A stretch of 64,000 nt of DNA. Origin: Felis catus. Taxonomy: Eukaryota. The translations under genes and the position numbers were made by a program. The stretch is from assembly GCF_018350175.1 (NCBI RefSeq), contig NC_058368.1, positions 15,130,001 to 15,194,000 of the forward strand, written 5' to 3'. Each line of letters begins with the position of its first letter. Within the stretch, counting starts at the first letter, position 1. The notes under the pieces were generated by a model. It had not been told where the DNA came from. It saw nothing but the letters and a program-made list of their open reading frames with translations, and did no database searches. Below are positions 50,470 through 62,769 of this stretch, piece after piece.

Positions 50470-51735
50470 AGGACAAGCAATTCAGAAAGTTTATTCACAA
50501 AGCACATTTTTTAAGACAGTTTCAAATAAAATCTAATAAACTAAGTAGCCATTAGATGTTTAGAAATATTAGAATGGACAATAGTTATGAACACCAGTAC
50601 CAATCATTTTAAATCTGTAGACAAAAATAAAATGCCGTTAGGTACTTATTTATATATTTGTACCTTATAGGTCTGTAAGTGTCCTGTCTTCTGCCAGAGT
50701 GGAAACTGTTAAACCTACTTGCCATGGCTTAAGTCTAAAGCCTTCACATTCTTTACCATGACTATGAACAGAACATTTTCTAACAATTTATTGGCTTTCT
50801 AACATATAAAATTCCAAAGACTAAATCCCAAACTAAAAATATATTTACCATCCAAAGAATCCTGCTTGTATTTTTATAAAATTTTAGCCTCTTGGAATAA
50901 CTTAAAGTGGATATGGTAAAATGATTTCTTAAAGCAACTTTGTCCTATTAAGCTCATGATATCACTTCATATTTTAACACAAATCATACACCAAAATTTC
51001 CTAAGTTCCTAGTAGATCAACACCAGTCTAAATCCAGAAGACTTAAAAATCTTTGTATTCATTCTAAATCAAAAAGGCCATCCCACTTCCTAACAAAGAT
51101 ACAAGCTACCAAATAATTTTATAGAACCTCATTTTGTTTTTCATGATTAGCCTAGTCCCTGTATTGAAAAAATCTTTTAAATATTATCTGAGAGTTTTTT
51201 TAGTTTAGGATTACAGTTTTTGGGTCTAGCTTACACACTGAAAATTTTGACAAGTACCTAAAAAAAAAAATCCACAATTAGTGCAAAACCAGGAGATAAT
51301 ATTTTAAGTTGGTCTTTCCAAGTACAACTCAAGCTAAGGTTACTAAATGAGAAATTTTATGTAAATATATAATTTCCTACCTTGCTTTATGAAAGACGGC
51401 AAATACAAAAATAGCTTAACATTAGGTTTAATGAGGTTTATTAAAGCAAATGTTTTATTAGTCTTATTTTAACTGCAAAAATATTTTAGCCACATTTAGG
51501 AAAAATAAACTAACTGAGACTATATAATCCTGTATTTGTAAAAGCCAGATGCAAGAATACAGATTCTTTCCTTTTAAGTAGAATACATGCTATAAAGCTT
51601 ATGAAACAGTCACTTTGTAGGAATGAATACATTTTTAAAATACCGGTTAATCTGTGGGGAATTCCACATTTGCCTATTAAAAAAAAATGCATCCACCTTG
51701 TAAGGCTTTGGTATAGGTGATTCACAGCACTTCCA
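50470..51735 (-). other. SPART: SPART 3' UTR; candidate AATAAA at 50495-50490 (others near 51442, 51458, 50376)
   Basis: Repeat-free AT-rich stretch after the stop with several minus-strand AATAAA hexamers. The true cleavage site cannot be determined from sequence alone. Confidence 0.55.
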
Positions 51736-52009
51736 TCATTTTTCTTTCTTCTTTGCCTCATTCTTCTCTCGTTCCTCTGTCTGCTCACCTTTCTCCCTTT
51801 TCATGTTTACATTTGCTCTTCCTTCTTGGTGTCCCCCCTTAGAATTATCAACTATTTTATAGTCTTCAAGGAGGGTTTGTCCTGTTTGTTTTGCTGTTTT
51901 CTTCACCATTGCTTTGATACCAATGTTGTCAATATTATAGGCAGTTACACCAACATTGATGGCAGAATCCACTGCATCATGTGTAGCTTCTCCTGCAGTA
52001 TGCCCGTAT
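51736..52009 (-). CDS. SPART: Spartin last coding exon (YGHTAGEATHDAVDSAINVGVTAYNIDNIGIKAMVKKTAKQTGQTLLEDY...EAKKKEK*)
   Basis: ORF track 51736-51972 extended to the AG acceptor at 52011-52010; TGA stop at 51738-51736. Confidence 0.96.
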
Positions 52010-55000
52010 CTTTAAAAGATTAGAAAAAAGTGTAATGACATTATAAATTTAAATTAAGACCTTCTTATTTAGTATTATATAAGTCACATGATTAGTATGT
52101 TATTCCTAAAAGCAAAATCAAAGATTTGGTTTCAATTTTTTTTTTCAATTTAATAACTTAAAACAAAGTAAAAAATAAAATCAAACTGTGCCAAAGCTAT
52201 TATTTCTCCTTTAGCAAAAACTGTGTGAAAATAAAATCAAGCTAGCCAAGATTAATGTAATAAAGACTGTTTATGATGAAGAATAAAATGTAAATTATAA
52301 TCAGGGTACCTGGGTGGCTCAGTCAGTTAAGTGTCCAACTCTTGATTTCAGCTCAGGTCATGATCCCACAGTTCAGGAGTTTGAGCCCCGTGTTAGGCTC
52401 TGCACTGTGTGGAGTCTGTTTGGGATTCTTTCTCTTTCTCTTTCCCTCTCTCCCTCTCTCTAACCCCCTCACTGTCCCATCCCCACTTGTACATGCTCTT
52501 ACCCAAAATAAGTTTTTAAAAATGTAAGTTATAATAAAGGTTGTTAGTCATTTTATTTTAATCCACCCCTTCTGGAAATAGAAGAGAACTTTCAGTGAAA
52601 ACAACTATAGGACACAAAGAATCGACAGTCACTATAAATGGTTTTGAGTTCTATGTTAACCAGACTTTGGTAACGTCTTTAAACTATCAGAATCTGAGCT
52701 TGTCTTTAAGCAAAGATTGTATAACACTTTCTCCCTCACTCCACTCCACTCCACTCTGCTGCACTCACTGGCCTTTTTGCTATTCTTTGAACCATCAAGC
52801 ATACATGTGCCACTTTATGACCTTTGTACTGGCTGATATTTGCCTAAACTATTCTCATACCAGGTACTCACATGTCTAACTGCTTCACCTTCTTTCAAGT
52901 CAGGTAAGTATTGTATTCTAACTATCCCGCCGATTTCAACTGCCTTACCCCACATGCTCCACCCCACGGCCAATCAATCCCCCCTAAAGCTCCTCCCTCA
53001 TTTTTTTTAATGTTTATTTATTTTAAGAGACTGAACAGGCACACACAAGCAGGGGAGGAGCAGAGAGAGGGAGAGAGAGAGAAGCCCAAGCAGATTCCAT
53101 GTTCAGCACAGAGCCAACGCTGGGCTCGATCTCACAAACTGTGAGATCATGACCTGAGCTGAAATCGAAGTTAGACACTTAGCCAACTGAGCTACCCAGG
53201 CATCCCTTAAGCTGCTCTTCCTTATTCTATAACATCACCTGCTACATACTCTAGAACTTATTTACTCTCTTTGTTTTGGTTTGTTTATTGTCGGTCTTGC
53301 TAGAATATAAACACTATTATCATAAAAGTACTCTGCTGTATTAACATATCCTATGCATTGAGAAAACTGACATTCAATATTTGTTAAATAAATAAATGAG
53401 TAATTCCTGCCCTATCCATCTGAGAGTTTCTTTAGCATCAAACATACAGCAAAATGCTAGCGAGATTATACAGGCACTATACAAAATAGTATTATTGACA
53501 ATTATCGATATATGTGTTTAATATCATTTCTATGAGAAAATACAAGTTGAGGACCTATACAAGGATACTGAAAGTTATCCCACTGTATTTTCTCTTTCCC
53601 TTTTTAAAGTACCAGGTTTTTATAGTTCTCCTTGCTTAGCAGAGAACTGCCTAAACAAGCAACAACAAGAGGGCAACATTTTACAATTGTCTTCAGGATG
53701 CCCTCAAGTTTCATATGTGCTTTGTGACCTGTATCTGGACATTTTATACTAACACTGGATCTGCCCTCTGAATTAACAAGTTCTGTATTACTGTAAGTTT
53801 GGCCTGGAATAGTGGTTTGTGATCCTACTAGCTTGTTCATGCTTGGTTTTTTTTTTCAACCTCAGGGCGAATAATGTGAATCTTAGTTCCTGAATGAGGA
53901 TTCCATTATATCCTTAGCCTAATTTTAATAATTAGAGTCAGAGAATGGCAGAACTTATAATGTGCCAAACCTTACATCCATATCACTCTTGACTGGGGAC
54001 TTCTCACCAGTTACCAGACATCAAAGCTTCTTAGCTGCTTTCTGCTGGTCTCTATTGCAACCCTTCAGCATTCCATAGTACTTGCTGATGTTGCAGAAGA
54101 CATGGAGCTTTCTCACTGTCAATCAAGCCCCACAAATACCAAGTGGCAATGGTTATGGTTATGGTTAAATGAGAAGAAAGGGGTGGAAGAATTGGAAGAG
54201 TGACCATAACTCTTGGTTGAGCAGGTTTCTCTTAGGGCTTTTTTCTAGGACTGTGTGACTAAGAATTTGGCCATATTAGTGTTTATGAATACAGGAAATC
54301 CTCCAGATCCATGAAGTTCCACTTCCCTAATCTAATGTTGCAGTTTGATACCTCTAACTGCACTCACAGTATTTAAAAAAGAATTTTTTTTAACGTTTAT
54401 TTATTTCTGAGAGAAAGTGAGTGAGCACAAGCAAGGGAGGGGCAGTGAGAGAGGGAGACACAGAATCTGAAACAGGCTCCAGGCTCTGAGTCATCAGCAC
54501 AGAGCCCCATGCGGGGCTCGAATCCACAAACCGTGAGATTATAACCTGAGCCAGAGTCTGACGCTTGATTGACTGAACCACCCAGGTGCCCCATTCACAA
54601 TATTTTTATATATAACACAATTCTAAAGGCTACATTATTAGTAATAATGTGCTAAAAAAGGAGTCTGTGTTGGTGCCCTGATGTTTTGCTTGTTTTTCCA
54701 TGCTATCTCCATTTCAGCAAGAATTCCTGTTAATTTGGGGAGAAGTATCAAACTAGCAGTCAAAGAACTAGATTCTAATACCAACTGTGCCAAAAACTAG
54801 CCATATGACCTTGATGAGGTCTCAACTTCTTTACATTTCATTAATTTTTTTTCTTTCATCTCATAAAATGAGATTTGTAGGTTAAAGCACTTTGAAAATT
54901 CCACAATACTAAATGTATAATTATTTTTAAAGACCTTATAAAATGGCTTTTAAGCAGTTCTGTTTATTTCCTTTAATATATCCTCACCCTATCATCTCTG

Positions 55001-55497
55001 CTTCCCAATATGCCTTAAAACCAGTATTCCTGGCAGGCATCTATTTTTCTCTTCCTTTATAAGTAACTGCTCAGTTCTTTCCTTTATTTGGACTACATTG
55101 TAAATTCAAACTACACTGTTAAAAACCAGAAAGTCTATCTCTGATAAAAAGACAATGTTTATTTTTGATTTCTTACTTTTTAAAAAGTTAACTTTAATTA
55201 CAGCTTATTAGATTTTATATTAAAGAGCAATAAAAATGAATACAAAGAATGCTCTAAATAAGTCAATGAGACTTAATACACAGTTTGAATGAGACTTCTC
55301 AGAAATTTCTCCAGCACATTCAGCAATGTCTACAAAGACAGCACAGTGGTGGTGATTCTAGATTTCACTAATTGTAACAAAATTTCAGTCATAACAAATT
55401 TCAAACAAATCTTCCTAAAATTCAATTCACATGCAACCTTCAAAACTATTCTTGAAAATATTAATCTTAAATATTTTAAATAGAAATAGCTTCTTCT

Positions 55498-55727
55498 GGG
55501 GCGCCTGGGTGGCGCAGTCGGTTAAGCGTCTGACTTCAGCCAGGTCACGATCTCGCGGTCCGGGAGTTCGAGCCCCGCGTCAGGCTCTGGGCTGATGGCT
55601 CGGAGCCTGGAGCCTGTTTCCGATTCTGTGTCTCCCTCTCTCTCTGCCCTTCCCCCGTTCAAGCTCTGTCTCTCTCTGTCCCAAAAATAAATAAACGTTG
55701 AAAAAAAAATTAAAAAAAAAAAAAAAA
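55498..55727 (+). mobile_element. Young felid SINE (SINEC_Fc)
   Basis: TSD agaaatagcttcttct at 55482-55497 and 55728-55743. Confidence 0.93.
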
Positions 55728-55795
55728 AGAAATAGCTTCTTCTTAGTGTACCCATCAAAGATAGGTGGATTGTGGCCAATTTCTAAAGGATGTTT

Positions 55796-56011
55796 TTTTT
55801 TTTCAGCATTTATTTTTTTATTTTTTGGGACAGAGAGAGACAGAGCATGAACAGGGGAGGGGCAGAGAGAGAGGGAGACACAGAATCGGAAGCAGGCTCC
55901 AGGCTCTGAGCCATCAGCCCAGAGCATGACGCGGGGCTTGAACTCCCGGACCGCGAGATCGTGATCTGGCTGAAGTCGGACGCTTAACCGACTGCGCCAC
56001 CCAGGCGCCCC
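55796..56011 (-). mobile_element. Young felid SINE (SINEC_Fc)
   Basis: TSD tctaaaggatgttt at 55782-55795 and 56012-56025. Confidence 0.93.
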
Positions 56012-58639
56012 TCTAAAGGATGTTTAAGGTGAAGCTGAGGAATTTAAACTTTATCTTGAAACCAATGGGAATGGCATAACCAAAATTACATTTTAGAAAA
56101 ATCTAACTCAGGTTGCATTGTGAATTGTAAGGGTGTCAGAGACAGACAGAGGAACCAGTTAGGAAACAAGCTGTGTGATGGATGAGAAACAATGAGGGTC
56201 TATTCTACAGTAGTGGCAATGAGGCTGGAGAGGAAAGGATAAATATAAGAAACAACAGCACTTGGTGAATGAATTGCTGTAGTGCTGTATAGTTGGGACT
56301 TATGAAGCCTAAAGATTACAATAAAAGTTAATCAAAAAACATAGATTTGAGAGGTTGAGAGGTTGTATGGACACGGTATAGGTAATATCTATGAAGAGTA
56401 GAAAAGGATAGAACATAGAGTAAAACTCTAGAATGAATGGATGTGGAAGACAACAGCCCTGCGAAGAAGTTTGATTAAAACTGAAAGGTGAGCTAAATGA
56501 GAATACTGTTAAGATTTGGAGACATCTAACCCACCAATCTTAATAAGCATATCTTAGAGCAAGATCAATCAGGACAGGCTACAGTAAGCATGTGACTGGA
56601 CTTTACCCATGAAAATTTAAGGAAAATATCTAAGACATTAAAAAGTCAAGTCTTTCAAATCTACAGATAACATAAAATGGAAACCTGGCTAATATGACAT
56701 ACACTAAATCTGAAGCCAAACTGAAGGACTTAATAATGGATCAAGATCAACAGATGAAATTAAGCGCAAATATAAAGTTCTTAATTTTAGGTACAAATAT
56801 CAACTGCCCCCAAAATAAGAAGGCGGCCCAAATTTTAAATAAAAGTTTCATTTTTTAAAAAAAACACAAGTTTGATATGGGTTAATCGAGTAACAGCTAC
56901 TAAACAGATAGTCTTTGTCTTGTGTGCCATGTATGCCAAATGCTAAGTATGACCAAATAAGAGAGGCAAATCTCATGGTATTCTAGCTGGTCACAGCAAA
57001 TGTGAAACACTTCATTCAATTCTGGGTTCCGTATTTTGAGAAGAACAATGATGAATGAAGTATCTGGAAACCATACTATATAGAGAATTCTTAAAGGAAC
57101 TGGGAGTAGTTAGAAAAAAGTAAGTGAAAGACACAATAATAATGTTTAAATATTTATACAGTTACCACAAGGAAAAAAGAAGACTGACCTTAAATACTTA
57201 AATAATTCCTGAGCACATGTTATATAGACTGGTTTTGGGTACTATGACATCTGCCCAAGGAATTGCCTTCAATAAATTTGAATTTACCCCTTCATCCAAA
57301 GGCAATTTTAATTAAAATTCACTAAACAAACCAATAAAATATGGTACCCGAAAAGAGTAAATTCCTCATAGAAGAACAATTTTACTAAGCCTATTCTTCA
57401 CAAATATGTATTGTAAGATAAAGTTTTAACGCAGGGAAAACAAAAATGGATCTAACTGATGTTATATGATTTTCCTCTAAACAAGGGTTTTTAGTTTTTT
57501 TTTTTTTTTTAAGTAACCTCTATACTCAACATGGGGCTCAAAGAGTTGCACACTCTTTCAACTGAGCCAGCCAGGTGCCTCATCCTCTAAACAATTTAAA
57601 ATGGAAAAAAAGAAACTTAAAGGTGAAATTTAGAAGCTATGTAGAAGAGTGATGAATTATTTACTAAATGCTATACTGCAATTATATATAACAGGTTTGA
57701 AGTTACTTATTGCTTTTCGTTGTTCCTGTAAGTCTTGATGTTCCTAAATCTAAAGTAAGACAAAAGCATTAATGTAACTGACAAAAATAAAAATATTAAT
57801 GAATAGTTCCCACACATTTACCTAAAAATTTAAGAGTATAATTAATTATACAGATCCTTAAGTAAACCACTCATCAGTGAACACAGTCCCAAATCATAAT
57901 CAAAACCATCAAAAGTATAAATAATATACTTCTCCAACATAATCTGCTTTAATTTATTTATTTTTAAATGTTTATTTATTTTGAGAGAGAGAGAATCCTA
58001 AGCAGGTGCCACACTCAGGGCAGAGCCCAAAGCAGGGCTTAATTTCACAACTGTGAGTGATGACCTGGGCTGAAATCAAGTCAGACACTTAACCCACTAA
58101 GCCACCCAGGCGTCCCACAATCTCCTTTTAAATATGCTTAAATTAAAAGATAATCCTCTATGTTGGCTTGTAACACCAGAAATCAGATACGGACGATTAT
58201 ACATAGTTTGTTTTTCTTCTTGTCATAATGCATGTAATCATGGCAGATTTAAAACAAGCTGGGAGAATAATTTATCAGAGGCAAAAAGAATATAAATTTT
58301 CTATATTATGCAATCATCAGTTGGATTGGAGAAAAACACAAATGCTTACTCATCAAATACTTTTTCAAAGTGCAAACAAATGTAAATAAAAGTAAATTTA
58401 TAAATATAAAAATATAAATTACATTTATACTCATGAATGTAAATTTACATAAATGAGAAGTAAATTTAAGAACTAGCTCTTTCTTTTCTTCAGTGATAAA
58501 TATCACTAAGTTATTATTAGTTTCATACCTGCAGTTTCTTCTCTTAAAAGACAACTTTTCTTCTTCTGGGCAAGATTATTTATAAGTATTACAAAACCCT
58601 TTGTATCCCCTTGCCCCTCTCCATCTTTCCAAGTTTCTT

Positions 58640-59175
58640 TTTTTTTTTTTCCTTTAAAAAAATTTTTTTTAATGTTTATTTTATTTTTGAGAGAGAGAGA
58701 GACAGAGTGTGAGTGGGGGAGGGGCAGAGAGAGGAGACATAGGATGGGAAGCAGGCTCCAGGCTCTGAGCTGTCAGCACAGAGCCCAACATGGGGCTTGA
58801 ACTCATGAACTATGAGATCACGATCTGAGCTGCAGTCGGCGCTTAACCGACTGAGCTACCCAGGCACCCTATATCTTTTCCAGTTTCTAATTAAATTACT
58901 GCTAAGACCAAAGTAGTCTTATAGTTAGAAATACAAACCTACTGGGGCACGTGGGTGGCTCAGTCGGTTGAGTGTCCAACTTCAGCTCCAGTCATGATCT
59001 CGCAGTTCGTGAGTTCAAGCCCCACGTCAGTCTCTGTGCTGACAGCTCAGAGCCTGGAGCCTGCTTTGGTTTCTGTGTCTCCCTCGCTCTCTGCCCCTCC
59101 CCCACTCATGCTCTGTCTCAAAAATAAATAAACGTTAAAAATTAAAAAAAAAAAACATAATTATTAAAAAAAAAA
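58640..59175. mobile_element. Head-to-head CAN-SINE pair (58640-58869 -, 58944-59175 +)
   Basis: Two complete SINEs in opposite orientation about 75 bp apart. Confidence 0.88.
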
Positions 59176-60688
59176 TACAAACCTACTTAACTAAATTCTC
59201 ACCTGTTTTTTCATTCCGTGAATCTTTGGAGGAAAGGATAAAAAGAATAGCAATATGTACCATAATAGAAATAAATGAGCTCAGAGTCACTGTTAAAATA
59301 TCCTTCTCATCATATTAAGTTCTCCTCACTAAGGACAAAAAATACAAAACCTACACCAAAACTTTGATAGTTATGTGAATCCCTAACCTTTAATAAGGCT
59401 CCACTTAATCGTACTTAGGTAATCTTTTTTTTTCATTAAAGTAGGAAATGGACAAATCCAATGAAGCATTTCCTAACATGACTAACATGTTTCTAACATG
59501 ACTGCCTAATTATCTCTGCTAAAAAATGATACTGATAATCTAAAACGAATTCACTTTTGGCCTAAAAGGCACTTCTGACTTTCTTCTGCTCTTGCAACAA
59601 GAAACTGTTATTCTAATTACGACTGATCCACCAAAGTAACCTCAAAGCCGTAACACAAAGAGCATTAGAGATCAATGGTATAAGTAGCAAAAGATAAGAC
59701 TGAAGACTTGGGTTTTATATTTCCACCACAAGAATTACAGATCTTTTCTGGATCTTCTTTGCCAAATCTTTTAGTCAAATTGAAACTGTAATATGATGTG
59801 TCATGTTGCTTTGATTCAAAGGTATGCATGCCCCAGATGGAGATCAAATCAACTCAGGAGAAATTAAGTTAGTTTTTTCTAAGTCAAAGGTAATTTACTA
59901 TGGTGGAAGAGAATCTAAATGCATGACAGATAGTGCTGGAAAGTAACTCTAGATACTGAACTTGCACAGATGTCCCAACAAGGGCAGGGCTGGTCCATCA
60001 CTGTTGTTTCATACTGCATGACACAAAGATACCTGGCTTACATCCCAGCTCTACCACTTACTAGGGGTATAATCTTTAACAAAGTTTAACAGCTCTACAC
60101 TTTGGCTTCCTTATCTGTAAAAATGGAGATGATAGTGTTAAAGATTAAATAACATATACTGAAAAGCACCAAACACACTATCTGATACAGAAGTATGAAC
60201 TCAAATGTTGTGAGTGGGTAATTAACACAAATAACTGAGATTTGAGAACACCACTAATATTACTTTTTTCTTTCTAAATAAAAATTTAATATTAGGCTTT
60301 AAACTCATGCAAAGCTAAGAAAGCAACTCAGGTCCTTCATATTATCTTTAGTTTTTAGACCTTGATTGCCCTAGGACTTATAAAGAATAAAGACCTCAAA
60401 TCAGAAGACCTGTTTTAAGTCCACCTTAAAATAGTTATCAGATCAGCTTAGATCATTCAATTTTTGTTTGTCCACTTCTTAATATATGAAATAGATGACA
60501 TACCATCTGTCCATTCTAATAAAAATGAACAGTGGTAGAGTCAAATAAGATGTGACAGAATTTAACATGCTTTGTAAACAGAAGAGGCTAATATTAACAA
60601 GGTATAATAGTTTAATTATAATTCAAGTTTTTCCCATCAAAACTAAAGGCAAACATCACCCATCAAGAACATGCAGTAGGGGCAGTAG

Positions 60689-60907
60689 GGGCACCTGCAT
60701 GGTTTAGTCGGTTAAGTGCCCAACTCTTGATTTGGGCTCAAGTCATGGTCTCATAGTTCCTGGGTTCAAGCCCCGCGTTGGGCTGTGTGCTGACAGTGTG
60801 GAGCCTACTTGGGATTCTCTCTTCCTCCCTCTCTGCCCCTCCCATGCTCTCTCTCTCTCGAAATAAACTTTAAAAAAATTTTTTTAACCAAAAAGTACCA
60901 AAATTTA

Positions 60908-60940
<33 letters not shown>
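60689..60940 (+). mobile_element. CAN-SINE with a long pure A tail. Further SINEs at ~22004, 30860, 33950, 38483, 40534, 41482, 52303, 53002, 54385 and 57955 are not listed individually.
   Basis: Head, (CT)n, A-run of about 31; aagaacatg(c/t)agt flanking repeat. Confidence 0.85.
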
Positions 60941-60944
<4 letters not shown>

Positions 60945-61208
60945 ATGTAGTTGATAAGGTATACAGAAACTCCAGGCTTTTTTTTTTTAATTAAAAATAT
61001 TCTCTGCATTAATGATGAAGAAATATAACCATTAGTAATAGGAGGCAAAGTCATAGTAATTCTATTAATTTGCTAAAAATATTAAGAAAAACAGTGAAAA
61101 AAATTTTGTTTTAGCAGCTACTCAATGACATAATCATTTTAACTGTCCTGAATTTTTACAAATGCTGTTAAGAGTTTTTAGTCATTAAAATTATAAAAGT
61201 CAACTTAC

Positions 61209-61299
61209 TTGTATCTGACAGTTTGTACAGTTTCTGCTGAAACATTGTTAACAATACATTTAGCTGCACATTCCAATCCCTGCCAGACAGTTGAAAATC
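61209..61299 (-). CDS. SPART: Spartin coding exon (GFSTVWQGLECAAKCIVNNVSAETVQTVRYK)
   Basis: Manual translation; CAG acceptor 61302-61300, GTAAGT donor; 91 nt; follows a 79-nt intron. Confidence 0.95.
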
Positions 61300-61378
61300 C
61301 TGCAAATATATTTAAAAGTAAGTAAAATGATAGCTAAAGAAATGGACCTTCCTAGTTAAATTTCTGGCCTATTGTTAC

Positions 61379-61537
61379 CTTGAACACTACTTGCTGCTAC
61401 GACCATAGCACCATCCAGCGGAGACTTCCCATTTCTGTCTTTTTTAAGAGATTCTGGAACAAGTTTGCTTCCATGCTTCTTGACGTGTGGAGCTAGTTCC
61501 TTTCCAACACAATTTGCTACAGTGCAAACTCCATCAA
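61379..61537 (-). CDS. SPART: Spartin coding exon (VDGVCTVANCVGKELAPHVKKHGSKLVPESLKKDRNGKSPLDGAMVVAASSVQ)
   Basis: ORF track 61356-61550; TAG acceptor, GTAAC donor; 159 nt, phase consistent with neighbouring exons. Confidence 0.96.
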
Positions 61538-62574
61538 CTAATATAACCATAAAAAGAAAAGAAACACTTAAAAAATGCTTCCCTTGATTCTACCATTCTT
61601 ACTTAGCAAAATTCTTATATGAGCATCTAACATTGTTTTACTGCATAATTTACCATTTCTATATAAGGATGAGAACAAGGCCTGGCTAGTTTTAAACAAA
61701 GGCTATTATCTGGTTTAAAGACATGTTTGCAGAGCTGAAGGATTATAACCTTGCCTCTTAAATATAATGTTCTTTATGGCAATTTGCTTAAAAGAAAACA
61801 GAGACTGCTGCAGTGTAAGAGCTATAGGTCCACCTTTCATGTTTTTCAGCTATGAGTGTTTCTATGTTCTATCAACAAATACCTTACTGAAATAGTAATA
61901 AGGTATTTAGATCTATAAAAAAAATAAAACCATAATCTGATTCAAAAGAATATTGAATATTGAATCCCAAGAAGATAATCTTACTAAATTTAATCATAAC
62001 CTATTAAGGGTTGATTTTACCATCTCAAAATACCAAACTTTAAGGCTATGATTCTCAAAGGAACAGGAACGAAAAGCATATTGCTTGGGAAGACGAACAC
62101 CAGAATCACTGAATCTGCTTAACTGAAATAATACATCCCTCCACTTGACCCTCAGCTATGACACAGTGAGCTGTCCTTAAAAGAATGTATCATATTCAAG
62201 GATAGCCAATACATTCAGAGCCATTCCTTTTCAAAGGTACAGACACTTCCCTCTCCGACCCATCAAAACAACCCTTTAACCAATGTTTCTCAAACTTTAA
62301 TATACAAATAAAATGCAGATGCTGAATTGGTAATGTGTGCCAAGTACCTGAAATATATTTGGGTATCAGTATTTCTAATGTATTTGAGCCTTAGTATTTC
62401 TAAGGCTCTCAGGTTGATGCTGCTACAGATCCCACAATGAACAGCAAGGTGAAACAGCTTCATCCTAATCCTTTACTCTTAAGATTAAACCACATAAATG
62501 TGCATTTAGATTAACCCAGATTAAGAGACCATTTTTAATTTAACTGAAAGGAAAGTCTTCCAAAGTTACTTTAC

Positions 62575-62769
62575 CCAGGAACTGACTGACTTTTGCTGCT
62601 CCTCCTGTAGCCTGCTTTGCTATATAAAGTCCCTTGGTCACAGCTGGACTAACTTCCACTGGTTTTTCTTCTGGTTGAATCCGTTCACGGAGTTTAGAAG
62701 CGCCTTTCTGGATTGCTTTTCCAGTAAATTCAGCACCTTTGACCAAACCCCAGCTCACCCAGGAAGCAC
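62575..62769 (-). CDS. SPART: Spartin coding exon (GASWVSWGLVKGAEFTGKAIQKGASKLRERIQPEEKPVEVSPAVTKGLYIAKQATGGAAKVSQFL), senescence domain
   Basis: ORF track 62540-62758 peptide recognisable as the spartin senescence domain; AG acceptor 62771-62770, GTAAAG donor; 195 nt. Confidence 0.96.

Noticed and set aside
51510..52023. Overlapping ORFs 51510-51788 (-) and 51826-52023 (+)
   Set aside because: Alternate-frame and antisense shadows of the SPART last exon and UTR.
55498..55580. tRNA-like A/B-box sequences
   Set aside because: These are tRNA-derived SINE heads followed by (CT)n and A tails, not tRNA genes.
59470..59505. Triple ctaacatg repeat
   Set aside because: A short local slippage duplication with no further structure.
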